64,000 nt of DNA from positions 1-64,000 of IMG/VR virus record IMGVR_UViG_3300027896_000001; one strand, 5' to 3'. The notes below the pieces were generated by a model, which ran no database searches, had not been told where the DNA came from, and saw only the letters and a program-made list of their open reading frames with translations. This stretch comes from a virus. The position numbers were made by a program, and so were the translations under genes. Positions 1 to 8,946 of the stretch are shown piece by piece (within the stretch, counting starts at the first letter, position 1; every line of letters begins with the position of its first letter).

Positions 1-232
1 AATTACCATTGTATTGTATAGGAAAATAAAATCTACAAGAACTTATAAAACGTTTTCCAATTTGCATACTTTCAGGAAACAATCCTGATCTTTCAATTAC
101 AGGATCTTGAGGAATTTCTGTTGCTGAACATCGTTGAATTCGACCGCAAAACTCCTCTATTCTGAAAGAAGTAATTCTCTTCATTCCACCAACAAATTCT
201 ATAAAATCATTTGCGTTCCTCCTATATCTCAT
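1..232 (-). CDS. Partial hypothetical protein running off the window edge
   Basis: ATG at 232 preceded by AAAGGAG; frame (MRYRRNANDF...) stays open to position 1; not in the ORF track. Confidence 0.45.
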   Translation of the reverse strand, partial: MRYRRNANDFIEFVGGMKRITSFRIEEFCGRIQRCSATEIPQDPVIERSGLFPESMQIGKRFISSCRFYFPIQYNGN

Positions 233-308
233 TTAAGTTCTCCTTTCATGAATCATTTCGTTTGAAAATTTCACTTTTCATTTTTTCCTTAATAGCTCAA
301 CTTAAATT

Positions 309-335
309 AAAAAGGCCGGTTGAGTGCCGGCCTCT
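309..335 (-). terminator. Rho-independent terminator
   Basis: GGCCGG-7nt-CCGGCC stem followed on the minus strand by TTTTT, just downstream of 366..1322. Confidence 0.7.
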
Positions 336-365
336 ATATCCCCTTCCTGATTCATTATTTTACCT

Positions 366-1322
366 TTAAACTTTTTTCCAGACGCCGTATTTATAAATAT
401 GCGTCTGTTTGTTTTCAAACGAGATCATCGGAAGTCCTGAAACAATAGACGCCACCTTGAACGCTCCGTTCGGCAATGGTAGCAGATATTTTGTGTTGTT
501 AACGCTCACGAAGGCGGTATCCAGATCAACGAAATAATCGGAGACTTGTTTTGTTACAACCTTCGATTCGGATTCGTATTGAACAGTGAATCCGTAAACG
601 CGATACTTCTTGGCATTGTCAGCCTCCGATTCTGACGAGCCCTGTTTGATCTGAAAGCCTTCTTTGCCAGCATCCCCATCCATAGAACTCTTTAAATTGG
701 ATGCTGACTTACTGCTTACCACTCCACCTTCTCTTTCGGAGTCGAGAAGGGCGTTCTGGACTGTACCGGGATTAAAATCGCTTTCACGGTGTCCTATATC
801 GATTTGACCGTTGCCGCCCATCTTTCCTTCCTTCACATCTTCGAATACAGGAACAGCTCCGTCGCCTACGGCCCTGCGAACGCCGCCTTCCTTATCGAAA
901 TCATCAAGGGCATTCTGGCTGGTCGCTGGATTAAACTCAGGCTCAACGTGCTCTGTGGGCACTGGATCCTCAACGACCTTTTTTACATCGATTGGTGCGG
1001 CCGCGGGTTGTTCTACAGGCTGTTCTGTGGCCATGGTGGTCTGCGCCTCCTGAACGATCGTCTGTTCCTCTTCCGGCGCCGACTCGACAGCATCTTCAAT
1101 GCCGGCCACTTTCTCTTCCTCTTTCGCCGGATTTAATTCATCCGCAATAGCTTCGAGGATATCCTGTGGCTTTTCTTTTCCAGGATTGAATTCAACAGCA
1201 TCTTCAGGCTTCGGAGGAAGGTGTATTTCTTCTCCTTTTTCTTTTGTGTCGATCTTTACTTCCCCTTGGCCTTCCAACTCTACGGGGCCTACCTGGCCCA
1301 CGCCTTGCTTTTTTTCCTGCAT
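366..1322 (-). CDS. Acidic, largely disordered hypothetical protein with an internal repeat
   Basis: AGGAG RBS; E/P/A-rich; two copies of H-x3-(E/D)FNP-x2-(S/V)QNAL-x-D-x3-EGGV. Confidence 0.75.
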   Translation of the reverse strand: MQEKKQGVGQVGPVELEGQGEVKIDTKEKGEEIHLPPKPEDAVEFNPGKEKPQDILEAIADELNPAKEEEKVAGIEDAVESAPEEEQTIVQEAQTTMATEQPVEQPAAAPIDVKKVVEDPVPTEHVEPEFNPATSQNALDDFDKEGGVRRAVGDGAVPVFEDVKEGKMGGNGQIDIGHRESDFNPGTVQNALLDSEREGGVVSSKSASNLKSSMDGDAGKEGFQIKQGSSESEADNAKKYRVYGFTVQYESESKVVTKQVSDYFVDLDTAFVSVNNTKYLLPLPNGAFKVASIVSGLPMISFENKQTHIYKYGVWKKV

Positions 1323-1557
1323 GATGTCTCCTTTTGTATTTACGTTTACGTGGTTCCGGTTTATTAAGATACTTTTGAAGCGCGGACAACTGCAAGTCCC
1401 CCATGTCGAGTAACTCCACAGTCGCCGAGAACTTAAGAATTTTATCTTCGTTTTTTGTTATTCCATACGGTATCCTTATGAATCGTCCTTCACTTACACG
1501 GACCAACCTTTCAACCATCGCATTAAGAGTCGCGGCCTCAATAAGGATTGTGTGCAT
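1204..1557 (-). CDS. Hypothetical protein with a basic C-terminal AT-hook-like tail
   Basis: GGGAGG RBS; C-terminus RRGPGRPRRVGRPRGSK has two GRP cores; overlaps 366..1322 by 119 nt. Confidence 0.6.
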   Translation of the reverse strand: MHTILIEAATLNAMVERLVRVSEGRFIRIPYGITKNEDKILKFSATVELLDMGDLQLSALQKYLNKPEPRKRKYKRRHHAGKKARRGPGRPRRVGRPRGSKDRHKRKRRRNTPSSEA

Positions 1558-1623
1558 GTACCTCCCTATTGATTAAATATTCTTTGTTCTATTATTGTTA
1601 TTACAATAAATCACCTTATATAA

Positions 1624-2616
1624 CTATCGCAAATCTACCAGTAATTGCATCGCCAATTCGAATGCTTTTGGTTCATACCGCCTGTCTATATGATTGATAA
1701 AAATGATCCTGTTTTCAAGTTTGTCGGTAATCAGGTTTCTTACTTTCCCCATTAACTGTTTACCCCAAAATCCCATAGATTCTATTCTTAAATCAGGGCC
1801 GGGAAGGATTAAACCTGATTTTTTATCCCGATGCCATTGAAGATGACAGTTACGGCAAAGGGTAATCAGATCTTCAAGCGGTTCATAATACAATCTTACA
1901 TAAGTCAAATGATGAACATTAAGAAACCCACATTTTCCCCTGGAGTTCGGTTCATACTGATGCATGCATTTTTGACATGTATATTTATCTTTTTGAACAC
2001 GATTTCGCGATGTTGTTTTCCAGAATTTAGTGTATTGATATATTTCTTTCATTGTTTTATTCGGAAACTGCCTAACATCAATATAAGGAATCAGGTCGAA
2101 AAACGATTTTATAACAACACCACTCGCATACAAATCATTTAATAATTTATTAAGCTTGTCAGGATAACTGTTTTTTCCAGAAAAAACGAACGGATCTTTT
2201 ACAGCAAAATCATTAATATTAAATGAAGACTCTTTCTCTTTTTTGTTTTTTTCCTGTATCTGCTTCACAACATCTGTTGACAGCCTTAACTGACTTAAAA
2301 AAAGCTCTTCTTCTTCTTTTAATTGGCGCTGCCTGTCCATTTCAATTGCCTCATTAACCTCTTGTACGGCACGATCTATATTTTTTTGCCCATCTGCCTT
2401 AACCACTTCATTAACTCTTGTCTCAGCCTGTTCTATCTCTGCTGTTGATGGATAAGACGCTTCATCAGGATTGAACCCGCATATCTGTTCAGTGGTTATG
2501 CCGAGCGCGGAAGCCACTTCATCCATAGTTTTACAATGTTTTTCAACAGTCATTGTTTCCACCTTACTTGGGATAATACCCCATGTACCAATTAACGAAT
2601 CTCCTGACCCCAACAT
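1624..2616 (-). CDS. Protein with a C-terminal HNH endonuclease domain
   Basis: KDKYTCQKC...LNVHHLTY...EDLITLCRNCHLQWH (CxxC-HH-CxxCH HNH pattern); start uncertain. Confidence 0.75.
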   Translation of the reverse strand: MLGSGDSLIGTWGIIPSKVETMTVEKHCKTMDEVASALGITTEQICGFNPDEASYPSTAEIEQAETRVNEVVKADGQKNIDRAVQEVNEAIEMDRQRQLKEEEELFLSQLRLSTDVVKQIQEKNKKEKESSFNINDFAVKDPFVFSGKNSYPDKLNKLLNDLYASGVVIKSFFDLIPYIDVRQFPNKTMKEIYQYTKFWKTTSRNRVQKDKYTCQKCMHQYEPNSRGKCGFLNVHHLTYVRLYYEPLEDLITLCRNCHLQWHRDKKSGLILPGPDLRIESMGFWGKQLMGKVRNLITDKLENRIIFINHIDRRYEPKAFELAMQLLVDLR

Positions 2617-3514
2617 CTATATTCGTTTCAGGCTTGTATCCAAGCCTCATTATCTTACTGATATCAGCTTCAGTCACTTCAACATCACCAGGCTGCATCG
2701 GTTGATAATCAATAATCGCTCTCATGTTCAAAACAAGCTCTATCTGCTTTATAAAATCCATCAATGTTTCGGTCTTATTGTTTCCAATATTATAGACCTC
2801 ACATGAAGCACAGTTATTAAGCGTTAGAATAATTCCATTCACCACATCATCAATGTAAGTGAAATTACGTTTCATATTCCCATCATTGAACACCTGAATC
2901 GGCTTTTTATTCATTATTCCATCGGTAAATAACGACAACGCCATGTCCGGACGTCCCCATGGTCCGTAAACGGTAAAAAAACGAAGCCCTGAGCAGGGGA
3001 TTCCATAAAGATGATTGTAACAATAAGCGGTCACTTCATTCGCTATCTTCGTCGCCGCATAGAATGAAACAGGTTTGTCGACCTTATCGTTCTCAGAGAA
3101 CGGCAACTTTTCATTATTACCATAGACGGATGATGATGACGCATAAACAAAGTTCTCAACATGGGCTTTATTAGCAAGCTCAATTACATTCAAAAAACCC
3201 TCATTATTCGATCGCTGATACAGGAACGGATCTTCTATAGACACTCTAACGCCTGCCTGACCAGCCAAATGGCATATTTTATTTATTCTAAATCGTTCAG
3301 CAAGCGACATCATTACCTTTCGGTTACAGATGTCCATTTTAATAAAACGAAATGTTTTATATTCCCTCAGTAATCTTAATCTGTCAAGCTTAAGTTCATA
3401 TCCATAATAATGATTTAAATTATCGATTCCAAGGACTTCAACACCATCACTGCACAACTTCTTGGCCGTATGGAACCCTATAAATCCAGCAACACCAGTA
3501 ATAAGAACCATCAT
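2564..3514 (-). CDS. NAD-dependent epimerase, UDP-glucuronate 4-epimerase-like (extended SDR)
   Basis: GVAGFIG Rossmann motif, HLAGQAGVR, ASSSSVYG, YAATK catalytic motif, LRFFTVYGPWGRPDMA. Confidence 0.92.
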   Translation of the reverse strand: MMVLITGVAGFIGFHTAKKLCSDGVEVLGIDNLNHYYGYELKLDRLRLLREYKTFRFIKMDICNRKVMMSLAERFRINKICHLAGQAGVRVSIEDPFLYQRSNNEGFLNVIELANKAHVENFVYASSSSVYGNNEKLPFSENDKVDKPVSFYAATKIANEVTAYCYNHLYGIPCSGLRFFTVYGPWGRPDMALSLFTDGIMNKKPIQVFNDGNMKRNFTYIDDVVNGIILTLNNCASCEVYNIGNNKTETLMDFIKQIELVLNMRAIIDYQPMQPGDVEVTEADISKIMRLGYKPETNIDVGVRRFVNWYMGYYPK

Positions 3515-3523
3515 TTCCTCCTA

Positions 3524-3721
3524 TTAATCTTCTCCATCTATTACAAATACCTTTTGCGGTTTTTCTTTACCATATTGTAAAGTCATTACTATAGCGCTTT
3601 CTACTTCTGGATATTCAAACCCACCATCGTACGATGTTCGAACAGTTAAATCATCATCAACTTTTTCCAATATCTTTTTCAAATCCTTAACCTTCATTAT
3701 CTTCCTCCTGCGGATATACAT
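3524..3721 (-). CDS. Small hypothetical phage protein
   Basis: ORF; likely start is MKVKDL (~3697) after AGGAGG. Confidence 0.6.
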   Translation of the reverse strand: MYIRRRKIMKVKDLKKILEKVDDDLTVRTSYDGGFEYPEVESAIVMTLQYGKEKPQKVFVIDGED

Positions 3722-3975
3722 CCGCCATATTCAGGGCGTCTCCACCCCCATACATGGCAATGAGGACAATTTCTCCAATCACCTGTCGTTTGAGTCATTT
3801 TAGTTCCACATCTGGGGCAGAAGTCGGTTTCAAAAACCATATTATTGAATATAACGGTCGTTTCAGCCTTTTCATCTTCAATCCAGAGTGTCTTCCCATT
3901 TTCCATATCGAGAAGAGCCCAGAAAACATGATTTCCCCTATCATCACAATGCTCAACCAAAACCGGCTTTTTCAT
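3697..3975 (-). CDS. Hypothetical zinc-ribbon protein
   Basis: CPRC...CPHC; coupled to neighbouring genes. Confidence 0.65.
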   Translation of the reverse strand: MKKPVLVEHCDDRGNHVFWALLDMENGKTLWIEDEKAETTVIFNNMVFETDFCPRCGTKMTQTTGDWRNCPHCHVWGWRRPEYGGCISAGGR

Positions 3976-4169
3976 TTTATTTTACATCCTTTCCGCCTGC
4001 TTGGGATGTAATCAGTCCACCATCCTGTCAAAGGAATAATAGGAAACAGGATACCCCATCGGCTTCGAACATTATTTTCATAACAAATACATATACGAAT
4101 AAAGAACCATTGAATAATAAAAAAATTAACAGCACCAAGGACTCTCAACACCTTCTTCTCTTTCATCAC
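3972..4169 (-). CDS. Small hypothetical (possibly membrane) protein
   Basis: AAGGAGGA RBS; hydrophobic segment. Confidence 0.6.
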   Translation of the reverse strand: MMKEKKVLRVLGAVNFFIIQWFFIRICICYENNVRSRWGILFPIIPLTGWWTDYIPSRRKGCKIK

Positions 4170-4276
4170 TTCCTCCTTAAAAATATCCGTGTTACTTGGG
4201 ACTTAATCTAACGACGCTGACCGAGTTCCACTACGGTTAATAAGCCACGGTCATTATATGTCCACGCGCCATGAAA

Positions 4277-4423
4277 TTATTTAGCGGTCACTTCTCTGAT
4301 CGCCTTTTTGACCGCTTTTACCGCATTGGCCAACGTAAGATTGACACGGACCCTGGTGAGCTCAACAGCGTAGTTAAGAATCTGAATTTCTTTCGCTGTC
4401 AATCTCTTCGACGACTTTGCCAT
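4277..4423 (-). CDS. 48-aa basic hypothetical protein
   Basis: AAAGGAGG RBS; MAKSSKRLTAKEIQILNYAVEL...REVTAK*; below the ORF-track cutoff. Confidence 0.6.
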   Translation of the reverse strand: MAKSSKRLTAKEIQILNYAVELTRVRVNLTLANAVKAVKKAIREVTAK

Positions 4424-4450
4424 AAACCCTCCTTTAATAATTATGAATGA

Positions 4451-4759
4451 TCAATAAGCAGTTGTATCAGAAAAAAAATAATCCCACAGCCTTTTAGTCC
4501 ATTTTTCTTTACGCGGTTTCTCTTGCGCCATAAGCTTTTTCCACACTTCAGCGCACTCTTTACTATCACTTCCTGGACGCCAACAGGTGAAAATAGGACA
4601 CGAAAGACAACTTGACGGCATTTTAGGATCAGTTATTTTGAGTAAAGAAAATTTTAATTCTATCCATTCCCAAAATTCTTTTGTTGGGCCGGCCACATGA
4701 GCATATTCAATCCACGGATTTTCCCCTGTTTCTTTTCTATACAATTCATCTATTTTCAT
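4451..4759 (-). CDS. Hypothetical protein
   Basis: AGGAG RBS; Cys cluster CLSCPIFTC. Confidence 0.65.
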   Translation of the reverse strand: MKIDELYRKETGENPWIEYAHVAGPTKEFWEWIELKFSLLKITDPKMPSSCLSCPIFTCWRPGSDSKECAEVWKKLMAQEKPRKEKWTKRLWDYFFSDTTAY

Positions 4760-4970
4760 TTATTTCTCCTTGCTGCTGATCTGGTCCGCAACCCCTCTGT
4801 ATAATTTTAAATCGTTCTTTAGCGCCCTCCCTGAAGATATAATACTTCTCTTTTTGACAATCAATTTTCCTTCCACATACAACGCATTCATGAATACCGA
4901 TCTTCCCAAGTGTTAATGATTCGGTTTCAGCGGTTCTTGCTGCACAACTTTTACAGAAAAACTCCACCAT
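4746..4970 (-). CDS. Hypothetical zinc-finger protein
   Basis: CKSC...CVVC. Confidence 0.6.
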   Translation of the reverse strand: MVEFFCKSCAARTAETESLTLGKIGIHECVVCGRKIDCQKEKYYIFREGAKERFKIIQRGCGPDQQQGEINENR

Positions 4971-5477
4971 TCATTCCCCGCATTCCCCTTTTTGACGCGA
5001 ATCAATTGACGCTTTCCCATCCCTGTTGTTCGAAATGATATTATCAAGCCTTTCCATCGTAGGCATCATGGTTGAAATCTGCAGGAAGTCGGTCGTCTTG
5101 AGATAGATCTGGAACTCGAGGCGCAATTCATTCTCAGGATCGATAACACCAACCTCGCACGTCTTCAGGTATTCCTTAAAGAATAGAATGGCATTTATGA
5201 GCTTCTGCTTCGTGCATGCCGGGATCCTTACATGGTATTCACCATTCGGTTCCCCATTGACGTACACTTCCCTCACGTCGAAGTTATGAAAACGAGCGTT
5301 TCCATACGAAACCCTGTCCACCTTCTTGGCCGGCGACACTCCTATTCCTTCAGGATCAGACGCCATCATGTTTTCCGAGAAGTGTTTCAACCTCTCGTCC
5401 GTCAGAAAAGCCTTCGCGGCTGCTTCGAGGTCGTTTTGAGGAACGAACTCGTACGACCTCATCCTGGGTTCATTCAT
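4971..5477 (-). CDS. Hypothetical protein
   Basis: Track ORF 4971..5600; the more likely start is MNEPR at 5477, with an AGGAG RBS and coupling to the upstream stop. Confidence 0.65.
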   Translation of the reverse strand: MNEPRMRSYEFVPQNDLEAAAKAFLTDERLKHFSENMMASDPEGIGVSPAKKVDRVSYGNARFHNFDVREVYVNGEPNGEYHVRIPACTKQKLINAILFFKEYLKTCEVGVIDPENELRLEFQIYLKTTDFLQISTMMPTMERLDNIISNNRDGKASIDSRQKGECGE

Positions 5478-5718
5478 GAACAACCATCTCCTTTTTAACG
5501 ATGAATTGATCGGGATTTCTGACGTATAATTCGACGAAGGCGCAGAGGACATTCTGCATTGTTGATTTTTTCTTGTGGGTAAGGACTTTAAACTGGTCAC
5601 GGATTTGCTTCTTTAACTTAAAACAGAAAGGCACCATATTGTTCTTCAAAAGTTCAAGAGTCAACTCTGTAGGCGGCTCAGGAGCTTTCGTAGTTGAATC
5701 CGGCATATTCTTCCTCAC
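5470..5718 (-). CDS. Small putative DNA-binding protein (ribbon-helix-helix-like)
   Basis: VPFCFKL strand then IRDQFKVL and TMQNVLCAFVELYV helices fit an RHH pattern; first gene after the divergent promoter region. Confidence 0.45.
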   Translation of the reverse strand: MRKNMPDSTTKAPEPPTELTLELLKNNMVPFCFKLKKQIRDQFKVLTHKKKSTMQNVLCAFVELYVRNPDQFIVKKEMVVHE

Positions 5719-5751
5719 TGTTTGAGATGTGGTTTTTAAGTTTCCCCTAGA

Positions 5752-5781
5752 AATATAATATAAAATATACTAAAGTGTCAA
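5752..5781 (-). promoter_or_regulatory. Sigma70-type promoter for the leftward operon
   Basis: TTGACA (5781-5776), 18-nt spacer, TATATT (5757-5752). Confidence 0.5.
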
Positions 5782-5865
5782 ACTTTCTTTTTAAAGCACC
5801 CTTTTTATGTTCATTTTCATTTAATTGACAAGATGCTACAATATGGTGTTTTTAAACGATTAATT

Positions 5866-6094
5866 AAATTACACTAATGATAGGTTTCACGGCTTTTCCA
5901 TTTTTATCCTGAAGCCTATATAGCGCTTAACTTGAAGAACGCTCTTGAAAAAACTATCATTTCCGTACCATTTTTATGATCAAAAATCAAATTACAAAAA
6001 TGATAGTTTTTGAAAGTGCGTTTTTCGGTTTAATCGATTAAGAAGCACTTTCTGAAAAATGTAAAAGCGATGAAACCTAACATACTCGTAATTT
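5866..6094. repeat. 229-bp imperfect palindrome in the divergent intergenic region
   Basis: Arms 5881-5905/6055-6079 (22/25 complementary), 5934-5962/5998-6026 (25/29) and 5866-5872/6088-6094 all share one centre at 5980. Confidence 0.85.
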
Positions 6095-6538
6095 ATAAAA
6101 ATTCTTTGTAAGTCTATGATGTTTATAGTCTTATCCTATGGTACGATTTTTGCTACGTATATAACATGAAAACCCTATGTAATTCCCGGTAAAATCAAAG
6201 AGTTATTATATATATATATTCTCATGTTATAGGGTTTTACTCTTTTGAATCTGGGATGTATTTTAAAAATAAATTTTTCAAAAGTTTTTTTTAAAAGTAT
6301 GTATTCCGTGTGCACGAAAATCTTTTAGTTTTTTCCAGACCAACTCGAAAAGAGGAAAGCTGGCATCCCTATATATAATAGGTCTTGGAATTAAGTTAAA
6401 AAATAGACAAAAATATTTTTTACACCTGTCCCAAAAACACATTATATTATTTATGTTGTATTTTATAATATTCTAACTTATATTAATAGGGACGCGCGCA
6501 CATGAATACTTTCAGAACAACCCAAGAAAGGAGAAGAT

Positions 6539-7363
6539 ATGGATCAAGCACCGCCCAGTTCAAATGAGAGGAAGCCTGCGCCGGCCGCTGGTATATTCCC
6601 GAAGAAAGAGGCGATCAATATGTCGCCACAGACGAGACCTGCGCCACAGAAGCCTGAGAAGCTTGCCGAGGCGCCGCCGAAGGAAACGTTCCCGGATCCG
6701 TTCAAAGTCCAGGAGCAGATGATGGCGAACCTGAGGAAGGACGCGCCGAAAAAGGACGCGGGGGAAGACGATGTTGAAAGAATCAATGATATGATAAACA
6801 ACCCGATGGCAACTCCGGAGGACGATGATTCAAACATAACGCCGGAGGACATGAAGCTGGCCGAGGAGCTCATCTTCAAGGGATATGCCGAGTATTCTGC
6901 GGAGATGCCGCGGTTCCCGGGAAAGAAATTCGTAATTACTTCCACGAATGCGGAAGAGATGGGAATAATCGATGATATCATATTTGAAAAGATCAGGTCG
7001 GAAAAACAGAATGCGGATGGAACGGTTGAAATGCCGGAGAACGCGGTGAAGGTGTTGAGGAGCGCGCTGTTCGTTGCTCTTTCATATCGAGGGCCTGATG
7101 GAAGGGATTTTGCCGCAGAACCTATCTGTCAATTAAAGACGTTGAAGATGGGGATATTGAAACTGGGCGACCTGATGAGCGAGGGGAATATAAAAAACGC
7201 AGAAGAACTAAAAGACAGTATTAAAAAAGCCCTGATGAAAAGGGCGATAATGGTAAAGAGATTCCCAACAACGCTGATCGACTTTCTTGCCGACGCCAAA
7301 TACAAATTCGACCTCAAAATGCTTCGAATCATGAATGATAAAAATATAATCCCAAAATCCTAA
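6539..7363 (+). CDS. Putative tail assembly chaperone (gpG-like)
   Basis: Ends ATC CCA AAA TCC TAA containing slippery C-CCA-AAA; lies upstream of the tape-measure-like gene. Confidence 0.65.
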   Translation: MDQAPPSSNERKPAPAAGIFPKKEAINMSPQTRPAPQKPEKLAEAPPKETFPDPFKVQEQMMANLRKDAPKKDAGEDDVERINDMINNPMATPEDDDSNITPEDMKLAEELIFKGYAEYSAEMPRFPGKKFVITSTNAEEMGIIDDIIFEKIRSEKQNADGTVEMPENAVKVLRSALFVALSYRGPDGRDFAAEPICQLKTLKMGILKLGDLMSEGNIKNAEELKDSIKKALMKRAIMVKRFPTTLIDFLADAKYKFDLKMLRIMNDKNIIPKS

Positions 7364-7384
7364 GGACCACTACCGGGGTGGCCC
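7351..7384 (+). promoter_or_regulatory. Programmed -1 ribosomal frameshift signal
   Basis: X-XXY-YYZ heptamer CCCAAAA (7351-7357) in frame; the -1 frame (ILRTTTG) is open into 7378..7674; stem GGACCAC/GTGGCCC starts 6 nt downstream. Confidence 0.7.
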
Positions 7385-7674
7385 GCGCGCATTTCCTGAT
7401 AACAGGGATGAAGCATGATTATGGGTCACTCAACGAGGCTATCGCAATACACACCTTCACTCGTCAAAGAAACATAGATTTCATGGCGGCTGTCTTTGCG
7501 GTAGTGGATCCTACATCAACCAGGAAGGCTGTAAACCTGTTCAGAGGCGCGATGTTCCCCGAGGAACGAAATAACGATCTGGAATATATCAAGAAGGCGC
7601 AGGAACTGATGGTAAAGGCAAGGGAATTGACAATTATAATCAGACCAAAAAAACTGGGCAGATACGGTGATTAA
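7378..7674 (+). CDS. Tail chaperone frameshift extension (gpT-like)
   Basis: GTG start; in the -1 frame relative to 6539..7363 with no intervening stop. Confidence 0.65.
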   Translation: MARAHFLITGMKHDYGSLNEAIAIHTFTRQRNIDFMAAVFAVVDPTSTRKAVNLFRGAMFPEERNNDLEYIKKAQELMVKARELTIIIRPKKLGRYGD

Positions 7675-7990
7675 AATGCATTACCTTGTCTGGGTTTTGA
7701 TATCAGCTGTATTTGTATCTATCGCTGATTACTTCTCGAAGAAATACGCCATATCGAGAAGTTTGCTTTTTCTTGCTTTATTTATCGGAATGGACATGAT
7801 TGGAGTTGTTGCCTGGCTGCCGGCTATTGTACAGAAGAACTCACTGTCAATAGCCGGTTCTATTTGGGCGATAATGAACTTTATGGGTTGTGTCCTGATA
7901 GGGGTCTTTATTTTTAATGAGAAATTAAATATATTAGAAATGATCGGTATGGTAACCGCCATAGCATCAATTGTATTATTAAGCCTGTAG
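7667..7990 (+). CDS. Small 4-TM membrane protein, SMR/DMT-like
   Basis: 107 aa with four hydrophobic helices; LSIAGSIW and GVFIFNEKL...IG resemble SMR/EamA signatures. Confidence 0.65.
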   Translation: MIKMHYLVWVLISAVFVSIADYFSKKYAISRSLLFLALFIGMDMIGVVAWLPAIVQKNSLSIAGSIWAIMNFMGCVLIGVFIFNEKLNILEMIGMVTAIASIVLLSL

Positions 7991-7998
7991 GAGGGATT

Positions 7999-8178
7999 AT
8001 GTTCAGAGGGTTCATTATTGAAAGTAAAGAATACATGGATTATCCGGCGTGTGGAAGGTGGTATTTCTGGAGCAGGTTTCCAATCGCGCTGGTGAAATAT
8101 TATTTTTTTGGATTGTGCGATATAATAAGGCTTAAAATCATTTTTTCAAAAACATTCAAGAGAAATAAAAATGGATGA
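7999..8178 (+). CDS. 59-aa hypothetical protein
   Basis: GGAGG RBS; stop overlaps the next ORF; below the track cutoff. Confidence 0.45.
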   Translation: MFRGFIIESKEYMDYPACGRWYFWSRFPIALVKYYFFGLCDIIRLKIIFSKTFKRNKNG

Positions 8179-8374
8179 ACAGGCTGGAAAACCTCTTTTA
8201 GGCCCATGGAGATGTGATGGGTGCGGAGGGATATTTGAAAGCCTGGATGTACCAGGGCAGGCTTCCGCAGGATGGGAAAACGGTAAATATGTGGAGAAAA
8301 CATTCTGCGTCGAATGTGTAAGAAAAAGCCTGCCTATACAGGGGTTGGAAGGGGATAGAAATGAAAAGCCCTAA
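8171..8374 (+). CDS. Small zinc-finger hypothetical protein
   Basis: CDGC...CVEC. Confidence 0.55.
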   Translation: MDEQAGKPLLGPWRCDGCGGIFESLDVPGQASAGWENGKYVEKTFCVECVRKSLPIQGLEGDRNEKP

Positions 8375-8630
8375 GAATATTGACCAAAGAGTAAATCAAA
8401 AGAAATACGGCGATGAGTTTGACAGGATCTTTGGAAAGCGCGACACGATGGAAAGCGCGACCGGAAGATATCAATGGGATAGTGAAAAAAGACGGCTTGT
8501 AAAGGTTGGTCCTGAGTTTTGCGCATGGCATATGCGTGAGACCTATTCTATTCCGCAACTTCTCAGTGATGGTGTGAGGAAAATGGAACCGATTCATTTA
8601 AAAACGAAAGAGGTGATGCATGCTTCTTGA
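8361..8630 (+). CDS. Hypothetical protein
   Basis: ORF coupled to neighbours; YGDEFDRIFGK. Confidence 0.55.
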   Translation: MKSPKNIDQRVNQKKYGDEFDRIFGKRDTMESATGRYQWDSEKRRLVKVGPEFCAWHMRETYSIPQLLSDGVRKMEPIHLKTKEVMHAS

Positions 8631-8946
8631 ATTACCGGTACGGTGGAGTAAAAAACAAGATATCCCTGAAATGCCAGGGGAATCGGTAACGGATGATGTT
8701 GTTTCAAATATAACAGTCAGAATCGATGAAATAATGAGCGTCGGTCACACTGATAAAGACTGCTGTAGTGTGGAGATGCTGAACGGAACATGCTACGAAG
8801 TGATGCTCGCTTACGATAAAATGATCGAAATATGGCAGGACAGCCTCGAAACGATTGGCGGCATTTTCATTGCGCGTCAGCCTAAAATGGCGGCAAAATT
8901 TGTAAGCAAATCCGAACCAGGAAGAGCTGGAAGCGGAATAAATTAG
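8620..8946 (+). CDS. Hypothetical protein
   Basis: GAGG RBS; small beta-rich ORF. Confidence 0.6.
   Translation: MLLELPVRWSKKQDIPEMPGESVTDDVVSNITVRIDEIMSVGHTDKDCCSVEMLNGTCYEVMLAYDKMIEIWQDSLETIGGIFIARQPKMAAKFVSKSEPGRAGSGIN

Noticed and set aside
1592-1609. TTATTGT-N4-ACAATAA palindrome as an operator
   Set aside because: Single short AT-rich occurrence with no second copy noticed; too weak to call.
5825-5855. Plus-strand TTGACA promoter
   Set aside because: No acceptable -10 hexamer at 16-18 nt spacing.
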